A stretch of 64,000 nucleotides of DNA from Dictyostelium discoideum (lineage: Eukaryota): positions 736,001 through 800,000 of the forward strand of contig CM000152.2 of the NCBI GenBank assembly GCA_000004695.1, in the 5' to 3' direction. The number at the start of each line of letters is the position of its first letter. The first letter of the stretch is position 1. Positions 35,365 through 46,697 of the stretch are shown here, piece by piece. The position numbers and the translations under genes are program-made. Under the pieces are notes generated by a model. The model saw nothing but the letters and a program-made list of their open reading frames with translations. It did no database searches and was not told the DNA's origin.

Positions 35365-37623
35365 TTAATTTATAAAGATTTCACAAGATAATTGATTGTG
35401 ATCAATTGAATCAAGGATTGGAATGAAACTTGATAATTTTAAGTATTGTTGTCCAATTTCTTGATCAATTGATTTTAATGATGACGATGATGATGATGAT
35501 GATGATGATAATAATTCTATGAGTTTATTTATATCAAATGAAATTAAATAATAAAATTTAATATAAATTATTGATTTTCTAGTTTGATTTAATATTGATT
35601 GAATTTCCAAAAATAATTGATTAATGTAATCTTCAAATTTAATATCACTTTTTAAATTATTAAATTGTGAATGAATAAATGAATTTGAATTTGAAATTTT
35701 TAATGTAATTCCTCTATTATCATTAATTTCTAATTTCATCGGATTTGTATTATTATTATTTTTATTATTATTTTTATTTTCTTCATATTGATCAATATTA
35801 TCATAAGTTAAGTCATTTTGAATAATTTCAGGTTCTTTAAAAAGTGTGAATAAAATTTCAATATTTGAATTTTTTGGTAATTTTGGAATTTTAAATATTT
35901 GAATTAAACTAATACTACCATCACTGCCACTATCATTATTATTATCAATAAAGAATTGTTTTAAATAATTAATTATATTTTCAAACATTGTTGAATCGAT
36001 TTCATTTGAAATGAAAATTGTTGACTGAATTACATTACTAAAACTAATATTTAAACAATCTAATAAATTATATGTGTTTAATAAAATTTGTTGGATTTCA
36101 ATCTCTAATTGATTATTTATATCATTATTATTATTATTATTTGTATTAATGATAAAAGTTAAATCTTTAGAATATTTAATTAAATCCAAATTATTTGGTA
36201 TCATTGAGATTTGACCAGCTAAAAATGTGAAGCCTTTATATAGATTTGCTTGTGAATAAGGACCAATACAAGCTGGTGCCCAATTACTAATGGATTGAAC
36301 ATGAAGATTTGATTTTTTTTCAATTGCACCAATACAATCAATTAAAAATTTAGTTTTATCATTTTTTGATAATGGAATTTCAATACATGCTCTTGATGCT
36401 GGATTATTTTTAAAATATTTATAATAGTATTGATTAACAATTGAAAAATCTTTCATATCTGAAATATAAAGATTAACATATAATAATTGATCAATTGATA
36501 ATGAATTCTCTTTTAATATATTTGAAATATTTAATAAAGCTTTATCTAATAATTCACCAATATTGTAATCATCTTTATCATTATCAATATCATTATCATT
36601 AATCTTTGTTGTAGTTGAAGATAAATTAAAAAAGTTTTTATTCTTTATTAAATTTAAAGAATATTCAATATTTAAATTTGATTCTAAAAAATTAAAATTT
36701 GTTGAATTTGTTGAATTTGTTTGATCATTTGTTGAATTTGAAATTAAAGTTGGAATTAAAAGATTTTCATTAAAATTTTTTAAATTATTTAAATTTCTAT
36801 TTAAATAATTTGAATTTAAATAAATTGAATCTTGAATTATTTGTTGAGTTGATTTTTCAGTTGTTGAATATTTTGAGATTGATGCATAGGCAACTTGAGA
36901 GAAAGCATCATCAGAATGAATGATTGTTTGGTATTGGTCGATGTTTATACGCTTTTTGTATAGAGGACAATCGATTACGATCGATTCATATTCACCACCT
37001 TCACCACAAATGTGGACGCCAAATTTTTGGTTTAATGAATACAGTGTTGGGTAAAGTTGAGTTATCGATTTTAGTAAATGCTTCTCAGCTACTAATCCCA
37101 TTGATGCAACTTTGATTATAATAGCCTCAATTTTACAATCAATCATTTCTCTTAGTAACTCATCTTGATTCCTATTCCAAAGGTATGAATAACTTGTGAG
37201 GTTTAGTCGTGAACAGCAATTCTCAACCCTGATTCTTTGATAGGTTGACAGAATGGCGCCGCATGACACACCTTTGATATTTGGGTGACTCTCTTTAACT
37301 AGTTTTAAAAGGGTGTGTAAATCTTCAACTTCATCTTTTGAATTCACTTCTAACTCTTCATTATAAGTATCGGTTTCTCTGCTAATTGCAGTACCGTTGA
37401 TTTCAATTTGGTATAATGGTAATTCTAAACATTCCTTGGCAATGATTTCAATTAAATTATTACCAACTGTTTGATACATAAAACTATCCAATTCTTCAGA
37501 AGAATTGGTTTTTGGTGGTTTTAAATTTGCTAATGCTACAATCTTATGTCCATTTCTAACACATTCAATTAAATTATAAATTGAATCTTTTCCACCTGAT
37601 ATTAATCCAACAATTTCAACCAT
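35365..37623 (-). CDS. dph6: Diphthine-ammonia ligase (DPH6/ATPBD4) homologue with a C-terminal extension, 752 aa, single exon.
   Basis: The N-terminus MVEIVGLISGGKDSIYNLIECVRNGHKIVALANL...DELDSFMYQTVG...VEDLHTLLKLVKE...GVSCGAILSTYQRIRVENCCSRLNL...YLWNRNQDELLREMI...IIKVA..GL...GVHICGEGGEYESIVIDCPLYKK closely follows human DPH6. The long C-terminal part is consistent with the YjgF/RidA-like domains of fungal DPH6. Confidence 0.85.
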   Translation of the reverse strand: MVEIVGLISGGKDSIYNLIECVRNGHKIVALANLKPPKTNSSEELDSFMYQTVGNNLIEIIAKECLELPLYQIEINGTAISRETDTYNEELEVNSKDEVEDLHTLLKLVKESHPNIKGVSCGAILSTYQRIRVENCCSRLNLTSYSYLWNRNQDELLREMIDCKIEAIIIKVASMGLVAEKHLLKSITQLYPTLYSLNQKFGVHICGEGGEYESIVIDCPLYKKRINIDQYQTIIHSDDAFSQVAYASISKYSTTEKSTQQIIQDSIYLNSNYLNRNLNNLKNFNENLLIPTLISNSTNDQTNSTNSTNFNFLESNLNIEYSLNLIKNKNFFNLSSTTTKINDNDIDNDKDDYNIGELLDKALLNISNILKENSLSIDQLLYVNLYISDMKDFSIVNQYYYKYFKNNPASRACIEIPLSKNDKTKFLIDCIGAIEKKSNLHVQSISNWAPACIGPYSQANLYKGFTFLAGQISMIPNNLDLIKYSKDLTFIINTNNNNNNDINNQLEIEIQQILLNTYNLLDCLNISFSNVIQSTIFISNEIDSTMFENIINYLKQFFIDNNNDSGSDGSISLIQIFKIPKLPKNSNIEILFTLFKEPEIIQNDLTYDNIDQYEENKNNNKNNNNTNPMKLEINDNRGITLKISNSNSFIHSQFNNLKSDIKFEDYINQLFLEIQSILNQTRKSIIYIKFYYLISFDINKLIELLSSSSSSSSSSLKSIDQEIGQQYLKLSSFIPILDSIDHNQLSCEIFIN

Positions 37624-38650
37624 TATTTTATTAATTCGTTTTTTTTTTTTTTCAAAAAAACAAAAAAAACAATAAAAACAAAAAAAAAAAAAGTTTTAAA
37701 AAAAAAAAAAAAAATAATAAGATAAAATACCTTAATAAATTTGTTTTTTTTTTTTTTTTCAATTTTTTTTTTTGTATTAACGTGGAATTGTATAACAGTA
37801 ATTCCTTTCTTTTTTTATATATATTTATTATTTTTTTTTATTTATTTGCATTTTTTAATTTAAATTTTTTTTGAATATATATTAAAATAATAATAAAATA
37901 AAGTAAAATTTATTTTAGGTAAATATACAAAAAATTTGAAAAAAAAAAAAAAAAAAAAAAAAAATAGTAAAAAAAAACAAATAATAAAATTTAATTAATA
38001 CTTCAACACAACAACAACAAAAATCAAATAGAAATTAAAATTAAAATTAAAATTAAAATAAAATTATGATGGATATTTTCAAGAATTAAATAATATTAAT
38101 AATCCACATTTCACAACAGTAATAAAGAAAATAGAAAATAATAATAATTAGAAAAAAAAAATAATTATCAAAAAAATAAAAAAAAAAAAAAAATTTGTAT
38201 GATAAAGGTGTTTTTTATTCAAACATTGACTAATTTAATTATAATTGAAAGGTTTTTTTTTAAAAAAATAATTTCACCTTCTTTGGAATGGATTTTTTTT
38301 TTTAATTGAGTTTGAGAACACACTTCGCCTTCTTATAAGAACATTGACGTAACCTAGGTATTTTGAATTTTTTAAAATTATAGTTTCAGTGAACGGTAAT
38401 TATTATTATTAAAAAATTATAAAATAAAAAAAAAATAAAAAAAAATAACTTACTTTTTGAAGGTGATATTATTAATTTATGAAAACAAAAGTGTTATAGT
38501 ATTAAAAAAACAATATTCATTACGACAATATTTAAAAATGATTGATTTTCATATTGATTGAATTGTTGTTTTTTTTTTTTTTTTTGTTTTTGAACTATAA
38601 TATATTGAGAGAGACAGAGAGAGTTGTCATTGATTAATTTTCTTTTTTTT

Positions 38651-38681
<31 letters not shown>

Positions 38682-38699
38682 ATGATTTTGAAAAGAGGT

Positions 38700-39150
38700 A
38701 ATACCCAGGAATTACAATATTCTAATTAGCACATTTACCTTCGAAACACTTGACATAATAAATTAATATTACATGTTTGAAGTTTCTTTTTAGAAATAAA
38801 AAGAATGTAAATGAGGAGTGGTCGGTCGTTTCCTCGATTAGGATGAGAGGCATGTCTGACTCCCCAACTTTGCCCACTTTAACTGATTACAGCACGATCA
38901 CCCACTAATGATGCTTCATTGTATATGTGAATGATAAGGCTTCAAACCACCCGGCGTACAATGAAAATGTAAAAGAAGGACAACTCCAGAATAGAAAATT
39001 TTAATTCACCTACACAAAAAGATTAAAACAAAATAGAAATTAATCCATTTTGTTTTGTTTATCATTTAAAAAGTTGAAAAAAAATTATTGTATCTGTGAT
39101 GCCCCTCCAATTATGATCCATTGGAGTAAAAATCTTTGTAATACTCTTTA
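38700..39150. other. GC-enriched (~40-45% over the core), non-coding island in an otherwise ~85% A+T spacer. It is a candidate structured ncRNA gene or an element relic.
   Basis: No ORF longer than ~30 codons exists in any frame. Several local stems are visible (GGAGT..ACTCC, CCTC..GAGG, TCCAAT..ATTGGA). Box-C-like (AATGATGC) and box-D-like (GTCTGA) strings are present but in the wrong order for a C/D snoRNA. An ACCCAGGA string at 38709 only partly resembles the Dictyostelium upstream element of ncRNA genes (ACCCA[CT]AA, recalled from memory). Confidence 0.3.
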
Positions 39151-40295
39151 AACCCTCTCTAATTTATCTTAAAAAAAAGAAATTGAAATACTATTAAATT
39201 GAAATTCAAGAATAATTAACCAATATTATGTAATGTCTCTTTTGGAATTCCATTAACCTATATATTTATATAAATAGTAAAAAAGGAAAAAAAAAAAAAA
39301 AAAAAAAAAAAATAATATATAAAATTAGTATTTTTTTTAATTATGTTTTTATAATTAATTTACTTTTTTTTTTTCACAATACTATTTTAATTCTTTTATA
39401 TATATATTATTTAATTTTTATTTTTTTGTTTTGTTAGAATTAATTTTATTAATGAAAATTAAAAAGAAAATTTTTGTTTTTTATACTTTTTTTTTCTTTT
39501 TTTTTTTTTTTATTTCATACCAAGTTTGGATGAGATTATTATTATAAACCAAAAAAGGAATTCAGATCATTAAAATTTTTTTTTATTTTTTTTTTTGTTT
39601 TCATTTTTACTCTTTTTAATGATTGATCAATAAATTCCTGTTTTGGTTTTTTGTTTCCTATTCAGGAAAATAAAAAAAAAAATAAAGGGTTAATTTTTTT
39701 TTTTTTTTTTTTATTTTTTTTTTATTTTTATTTTTATTTTTTTTATTTTTATTTTTAATTTGATTTCTATTTTTAAAAATTATTATATCATTTTTTTTTT
39801 TTTTTTTTTTGATTTTATTTTATTTACAGTTTTTTTATATTTATTTTATTCACAGTTTTTTTTATATTTATTTATTTATATCTTTTTTTTTTCAATTTTT
39901 CATCCAAATATTCTGATCTTTTTTTTAGATAATTCATTTCTGGTAATATCTCTTTTTGTTGTTTTTATGATTGCAAAAATTAAAAAAAAATTGAAAAAAA
40001 AAAAAAAAAAAATAGCACCAACTTGAAAGTAAATTGTAATTTAATTTTTAAACAATCAAATAACTGTTTGAAAATAGTTTATTATTTATTAAATTTAATT
40101 GTTGAAAAATCATAAATTAAAAAAATAAATAAAAAAAAGAAAAAAAAAAAAAAAGTCAAAAAAAAAAAATTTTATTTTTTATTTTTTTTATTTTTTCCGT
40201 TCCTATACAACATCAACATTAAATATTAATACCCTTTAAAGTTTGTATAAAAAAAAAAAAAACAAAAAAAAATTAAAAAAAATTAATTAGTTTTG

Positions 40296-42895
40296 ATGGA
40301 TCCACCAAAATTAACATTTATTTCAAAAAGAGATACAAAGAAAAAGGATGAAGTGAATAAAGAACAACCAACAAAAAATTTAAAAATATTAGATTGTAAT
40401 GTATATCTTATTTTTTTAAAAAAAACAAACTTTCAAATTAAAATATTATAAATTAAAATTATACTAACATGTTTTTATTATTAAAAATAGTATTTTCAAA
40501 TGATGAAGAATTTTCAAATCCAACTCAAGAAGAACCAACAAATACTCTTCAAGAGAAATTAATGAATGTTGATCCTCTAGAATTCTTTTCAAAAGGTGGT
40601 TTAAAGGAAGAACAAAAGAAAGAAAGAGATGACCATAGGGATGATTATAGAGATTCTCGTGATAGAGATCGAGATTATAGGGATAATGGTGGTCGTGATA
40701 GAGATAGAGATTATAGGGATGGTGGTGGTGGTGGTGGTGGTCGTGATAGAGATAGAAATAGAGACAGAGATAGAGACAGAGATAGAGATTATAGGGACGG
40801 TGGTGGTGGTCGTGATCGTTATAGAGATAATGACCGTTATAGAGATACTGATAGATACAGAGACAATGATAGAAGAGATGGTAGTGGTAGTGGTAGTAGT
40901 CGTAGAAGGGATGAAAGAAGAGAGAATAGTGGTCGTAGAGATTATAGAGATAATGATAGAAGGGATGATAGAAGAGATAATGGTAGATATGGAAGAGATA
41001 ATGATAATAGTGGTGGTGGTGGTAGTGGTAAAAATAGTTCAGATAAAAAAGAAGAGATTAATCCAGTTAGTAATAATAATGATATTCATAAAGATAGAAT
41101 TAAAAGAGATACAACTCAATTCTCACATAAAGTATTTGAACAAATTAATAATAAAAGAGATAGAGAGGATCCAGAATTAAGAGATATTAAAGTTGACTAT
41201 ATGGGTATAAAAAGAGATGAAAATAGAAAGAAAATTAAAGGTGAAAAAGGTAAATTCGTTTTCGAATGGGATAGTTCAGAAGATACATCATCTGATTATA
41301 ATACATTATATACAAAGAAATTAGAAATTCAACCTCAATTTGGTCATGGTAATTTTGGTGGTTATGAAAAGAATAATAATAATAATGGTAATCACTATAA
41401 TGGAAATATATACAATAATAATAATAATAATAACAACAACAACAACAATAATAATAACATAAATAATAATAATAATGGTTCAATGATTGGTGGTAAACAA
41501 ATTTCAGAATTACCAGATACACATTGGTCAAAGAAACCATTGAAATCAATGACAAAGAGAGATTGGCATATTTTTAAAGAGGATTTCAATATTTCAACAA
41601 AGGGTGGTATTGCGCCAAATCCAATTAGAACATGGCAAGAATCCAATTTACCAAGAGAGATTCTTGAGGCTATTCGTCAACTTGGTTATGAAAAACCATC
41701 ACCAATTCAAATGCAATCCATTCCAATTAGTTTAACTGGTAGAGATATTTTAGGTATTGCAGAGACTGGTTCGGGTAAAACTTGTGCTTTCGTTATACCA
41801 ATGTTAATTTACATTAGTAAACAACCACGTCTAACTAAAGACACTGAAGCTGATGGACCATATGCATTGGTAATGGCACCAACAAGAGAGTTGGTACAAC
41901 AAATTGAAAAGGAAACAAGAAATTTCGCTCAACATTTTGGATTTCGTGTGGTTTCATTGGTTGGTGGTCAATCGATAGAGGATCAAGCCTATCAGGTGAG
42001 TAAAGGTTGTGAAATTATCATTGCTACACCAGGTCGTTTAAATGATTGTTTGGAGAAACGTTATTTGGTATTGAATCAATGTAATTACATCGTATTGGAT
42101 GAGGCTGATATGATGATTGATTTAGGATTCGAACCACAGGTTACCAGTGTATTGGATGCAATGCCCTCGTCTTTCTTAAAGAGTGAAGACGATGAAATGG
42201 CAGAGAAACAAGAATCTGATCGTAGTCATATCTATCGTACCACCATTTTATTCTCTGCAACCATGCCACCACTTGTTGAAAAGCTCTCCAAAAAGTATCT
42301 AAGAAGACCATGTACCATTACCATTGGTGAAGCTGGTAAAGTGGTTGACCGTATTCGTCAAACTGTTATCTTTGTCAAATCAGAGAATGATAAGAAGGAA
42401 CATTTAACTCAACTAATCAAGGATGGTCCACCACCACCAATCATTATATTCGTCAATAAAAAGAAACATTGTGATATCATTGCTCCCGTCCTCGAGGAAT
42501 GTCGTGTATCTTACACTATCCTCCATTCGGGCAGATCTCAAGAACAGCGTGAGGCTGCTTTAGAAGGTTTCAAAAAGAGAAAATACGAAGTACTCATTGC
42601 TACTGGTGTGGCTTCAAGAGGTATTCATGTCGATGGTGTAACTCATGTCATCAATTTCGATATTCCAAAGAATATAGAAGATTACACTCATCGTATTGGT
42701 AGAACTGGTAGAGCTGGTTCAGCTGGTTTGGCCTCCTCATTTATCACTGATAAAGATGTTGAAATCATGTATGACCTTAAACAAATCTTAACTTCAACTA
42801 ATAATATCGTACCAATTGAATTATTAAAACATCCTTCTTCACAACAAAAACATGGTTCTTCAAAAGATCATAATAAATCTGTAATTTTTAAATAA
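40296..42895 (+). CDS. ddx23: DEAD-box RNA helicase DDX23/PRP28 homologue (U5 snRNP 100 kDa) with an N-terminal RD/RDY-repeat (RS-like) domain, ~842 aa, two exons: 40296..40395 and 40491..42895.
   Basis: The helicase core aligns to human DDX23 (MTKRDWHIFKEDFNISTKGGIAPNPIRTW, AETGSGKT, PTRELVQQI, DEAD, SAT, HRIGRTGRAG), as does the FVFEWDSSEDTSSDYNTLY block. Exon 1 is MDPPKLTFISKRD...KILD. The intron (GTAATG donor, TACTAAC branch point at 40463, AG at 40490) is phase 1. An alternative donor AAT|GTATAT three nucleotides downstream would break the frame. An internal CAG|GTGAGT string at 41993 is in-frame conserved coding sequence, not an intron. Confidence 0.85.
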
Positions 42896-43402
42896 ATTAA
42901 AATTATTAAAATTATTAAAAAAATAAAAAAACTTAAAAAAAAAAAAAGAAATCAAATTCATTTTATTTTTATTTTGGATATTTTTTTTTTTTCCTATCTA
43001 TCTATTTTTGATCAATGTAGCCCAGATTTACAAGATCCTTTCATATTTTCATTTAAAATTTTATTTTTTTAAATTTTTTTTTTTTTTGGGTATTTTTTTA
43101 TTTTTTTTTTTTTTCAAAAAAATTTTTTTATTTTTTTATTTTTTTTTTTATTTTTTTATTTTTTGACCCCTTTTCGCCATCTTTTTATTTTTTTATTATT
43201 ATTGTGCATTTTGTGGAACACAAATAAATAAATAAACAAAATAAATAAATAAAACAAATAAACAAATAAATAACAATAAATAATAAATAGATTAATACAT
43301 AAATAACCAAATAAATAAAATTAGATATAAATATATTTAAAAGATCAAGCGATTTATCCCCATATTTTTATTAATACCAACCTCCTATATTGAAAAAAAA
43401 AA

Positions 43403-43455
<53 letters not shown>

Positions 43456-43474
43456 TAAATAAATAAAAAGGGAA

Positions 43475-44415
43475 ATGCATTGGTCAAAAGCACAAACTAA
43501 AGGAGATATTGCTTTTGAAGGCATTAGATCACATACAGCAACAGTAGTAGGTCACAAGATATATGTATTTGGTGGGTCTGATATTCAAGATAGATTCAAT
43601 GATTTATTAATTTTGGATACAAGTAGGTTAAAATAAATATATACTAGATAAAACATTAATAGTAGGGTTTATGTTAACCATTCATTCATTCATTCATTCA
43701 TTCACTCATCCATTCATTCATTCATATATTTTTTAGAAACAATGTTTTGGCATAAGCCAAAGACAACAGGCGCAGAGGGTTGTATTCCTAATCCTCACAG
43801 AGCACACTCTTCAACATTAGTAGATCATAGATTATTCATATTTGGTGGCGGTGATGGTCCAAATTATTTTAAAGATCTTTATATTTTAGATACAAGTAAT
43901 GTATATTCATTTTTTATTTTTCACTAAATTATTAAGATTAATTATCTTTACTAATATATCCCTCCCTCCCTTCTTCACTCCCTTTTTCATAAAACATTAT
44001 TAAACTATTATTTATTATTTTAGATACATTAACATGGACAAAACCAACAACATTAGGTAATGGACCAGGACCAAGAAGGGCACATACAGCAAATTTAATT
44101 GGTAAATTAATATATATTTTTGGAGGTGGTGATGGTAATAAAGCATTGAATGAAGTTTATGTATTGGATACAGAAACATTGACATGGACTTATATAAAAA
44201 CAACTGGTGCTATACCAGGTAGTAGAGGTTATCACTCTAGTGTATTATTATCTAATGGTAGAATAGGTATTTTTGGTGGTTCAGATGGAAATGATTGTTT
44301 TTCAGATTTTTATGTTTTTGATACAAGTATTTATTATTATAATTTTATTAATTATTAATTATTAATTATATTATATTTATAAATAGATAGGATAAACAAT
44401 TTACTAACCTATTAA

Positions 44416-44487
<72 letters not shown>

Positions 44488-44824
44488 AATAGATAATTCA
44501 TCTTGGAGTTTATTCCCAGTTTCAAATCCATCACCATTATTATCACAATCATGCGTTACAATTGGAAAAACAATTGTTGTATTTGGAGGTCATAATGCAA
44601 ATGATTATATAAATTCATTAAAGTTTTTTAATCTTGACAAATTTCAATGGGAAGAACAAACATGTTCTGGTATATTACCTCTAAGTAGAGGTTATCATTG
44701 TTGTTGTTTTGTAGATCATAGATTATTTGTTATTGGTGGTTACGATGGCTCTCAATGTTTTTCTGACGTTCAAATTTTAGATTTAGGTGTTTTATCTTAT
44801 TTAGAGTTACATCAAAATAAATAA
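43475..44824 (+). CDS. Kelch-repeat beta-propeller protein (six kelch motifs), ~313 aa, four exons: 43475..43622, 43737..43895, 44024..44326, 44493..44824.
   Basis: Repeated kelch signatures are present (..H.....G.KIYVFGGSDG...NDL.ILDT.., W.....G..P..R..H). All three introns are phase 1 and sit immediately after the LDT/FDT of successive repeats (GATACAA|GT each time), with donors GTAGGT, GTAATG and GTATTT. Intron 1 carries (TTCA)n and intron 3 carries (ATT)n. The exon frames agree with the three track ORF fragments. Confidence 0.85.
44411..44478. repeat. (ATT)n microsatellite in kelch intron 3. Another (AAT)n lies at 44851-44912 just downstream of the gene.
   Basis: Direct reading. Confidence 0.9.
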
Positions 44825-44844
44825 TCAAAATAGATAATAATAAT

Positions 44845-44905
<61 letters not shown>

Positions 44906-45168
44906 TTAATAACAATAATAATAATACTAATAATAATAATAATTTATTTGCATCAATACCAAAAAAAAAAAAAAAAATACTGCTACTATAATTGAAAAAA
45001 AAAAAAAAAAAAAACTAAACAACTATTTATTAAAATGATGTAAAAATAAAGATGATAATAATAATTTAAAAAAAAATAAAAAAAAAATAAAATAAAAAAA
45101 AAAAACAAATAAAATAAACAACTATAAACGAGAAATAATTTTTTTTAAAAAAAAAAAAGAATATCAAC

Positions 45169-46398
45169 TTAATATTCTTTATTTATTAATTTACTATTTT
45201 CATTATCACTATCAAAATTTTCATTTACCACTAAATTATTATTATTATTATTAATATTTTCTTGATCTTTATTAAATAATAAAGGTTTAAAATGTTGTGG
45301 ATGAGATATTTTATATTCATTAATTGCTTCTAAAATGTCATGATTGGTTGTATTTCTAAAGGTTGTAAATATAAAAGTTCTTTTCATTCTTTTTGTATGA
45401 TTTTCATGTTGATAATGTTTGTGAACATAAAGGTTTAAAGCTTTTTTAATATAACTAACTGGTAAAGTTTGAATATTATGTGATGATAGATTATCTAATA
45501 TTATATTATCGAGTATGAAAGCATCAACTAATTTTAAATCATCGAAAATATTTGTTATTTTATCATAGATATCTTGAATTGGATCTTTGAAAAGGTAAAT
45601 GAAAACGAAAAGATTTGAAATCGATTGTACTATGGAATTTGTTGATTTACCTTGAAATTGTAATTGAATATTAACATTTTCACAATTAATCATTGAGACT
45701 GTATCAACGAGGTCATTGATTATCATTAATTTTAAAATTGAATAAATTACAACCATTATTGATAAACCACTAATAAACATTTTCTCTTCAAGTGTAAGTT
45801 TAGGTTTGGTTGCTAATACATTCACTGTTAAAAGTAATTGAATTCTCGACCTTTTTATATAAAGAATTCTCATGGTTCTCGCTATACATATTGCTATCAA
45901 CAAGAATAATATTATACAACCAATTAAATAAATATTATCTAATGTTAATTGTGATGAATATTTATCTATTAATGGCACTCTAAATGATAATGCTTCATTA
46001 CCTTCCGCACTATACATTATTGGTATACAATATTGTACTTTTTGATTTATACATGTTGATAATTTAAAATCATCTGTTTCACTATCTCTACTATTACTAT
46101 CGCTATTATTATTATTTTTATTTAAATTATAGTAATCATTATTACTTGTACTACTACTACTATTATTAATTATAATTTTAGATGAAGATGATGAGGTTGA
46201 TGAAGATGGGGAGGAATTTGAATCTACCATACAACCAGTAATATCAAATTGTAGAGAATTATAAAAAAATAATCCTTCATTTACCAACATAATTAGGGAT
46301 AAAAAAAAATTTCTAAAATAAAATTCCTTTCTTGGTTTTTGACAGTTCCTAATATATCTATAAACTTCATCATTTGAATATTTATTATATTTCTCCAT
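45169..46398 (-). CDS. Predicted multi-pass membrane protein, 409 aa, of unknown family.
   Basis: A continuous ORF starts at ATG 46398. It has at least four hydrophobic helices (FFLSLIMLVNEGLFFY, IYLIGCIILFLLIAICIA, MFISGLSIMVVIYSILKLMII, ISNLFVFIYLF) and S/N-rich loops. No homology is recognisable. Confidence 0.55.
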   Translation of the reverse strand: MEKYNKYSNDEVYRYIRNCQKPRKEFYFRNFFLSLIMLVNEGLFFYNSLQFDITGCMVDSNSSPSSSTSSSSSKIIINNSSSSTSNNDYYNLNKNNNNSDSNSRDSETDDFKLSTCINQKVQYCIPIMYSAEGNEALSFRVPLIDKYSSQLTLDNIYLIGCIILFLLIAICIARTMRILYIKRSRIQLLLTVNVLATKPKLTLEEKMFISGLSIMVVIYSILKLMIINDLVDTVSMINCENVNIQLQFQGKSTNSIVQSISNLFVFIYLFKDPIQDIYDKITNIFDDLKLVDAFILDNIILDNLSSHNIQTLPVSYIKKALNLYVHKHYQHENHTKRMKRTFIFTTFRNTTNHDILEAINEYKISHPQHFKPLLFNKDQENINNNNNNLVVNENFDSDNENSKLINKEY

Positions 46399-46656
46399 AT
46401 TTATTTAAATTTCAACTCCTTTTCTTTCTTTTTTTTTTCACAAAATAATCTTAGGACGGAGCTTCGTTGACGAAAAAAAAAAAAAAAAAATAAAAAAAAT
46501 AATAAAAAAAATAAAAATAAAAAAAATAAAATAATTAAACAAAAGAAAGATATTTTGGATAAAAAAAAGATATTTTATAAAAAAAAAAAAAAAAAGAAAT
46601 ATTTTGTTTAAAATATTTAAATATTTTTATTAAATTAAAATATATTATATTATATT

Positions 46657-46692
<36 letters not shown>

Positions 46693-46697
46693 CATGA

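Noticed and set aside
40401-40406. Alternative ddx23 intron-1 donor AAT|GTATAT (a common Dictyostelium donor form)
   Set aside because: Combined with the only available acceptor (AG at 40489-40490) it gives a frameshift and an immediate stop. The GTAATG donor three nucleotides upstream keeps the frame.
41990-42000. Perfect splice-donor-like CAG|GTGAGT
   Set aside because: It is in frame and encodes the conserved ..QAYQVSKGCEII.. segment that aligns to human DDX23, so removing it would break the alignment.
42116-42130. GGATTCGAACC (reverse complement GGTTCGAATCC), a perfect tRNA T-arm consensus
   Set aside because: It lies inside the in-frame, conserved DLGFEPQ helicase motif of ddx23. No acceptor or anticodon stems can be drawn around it. 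No other tRNA-like sequence was found in the window.
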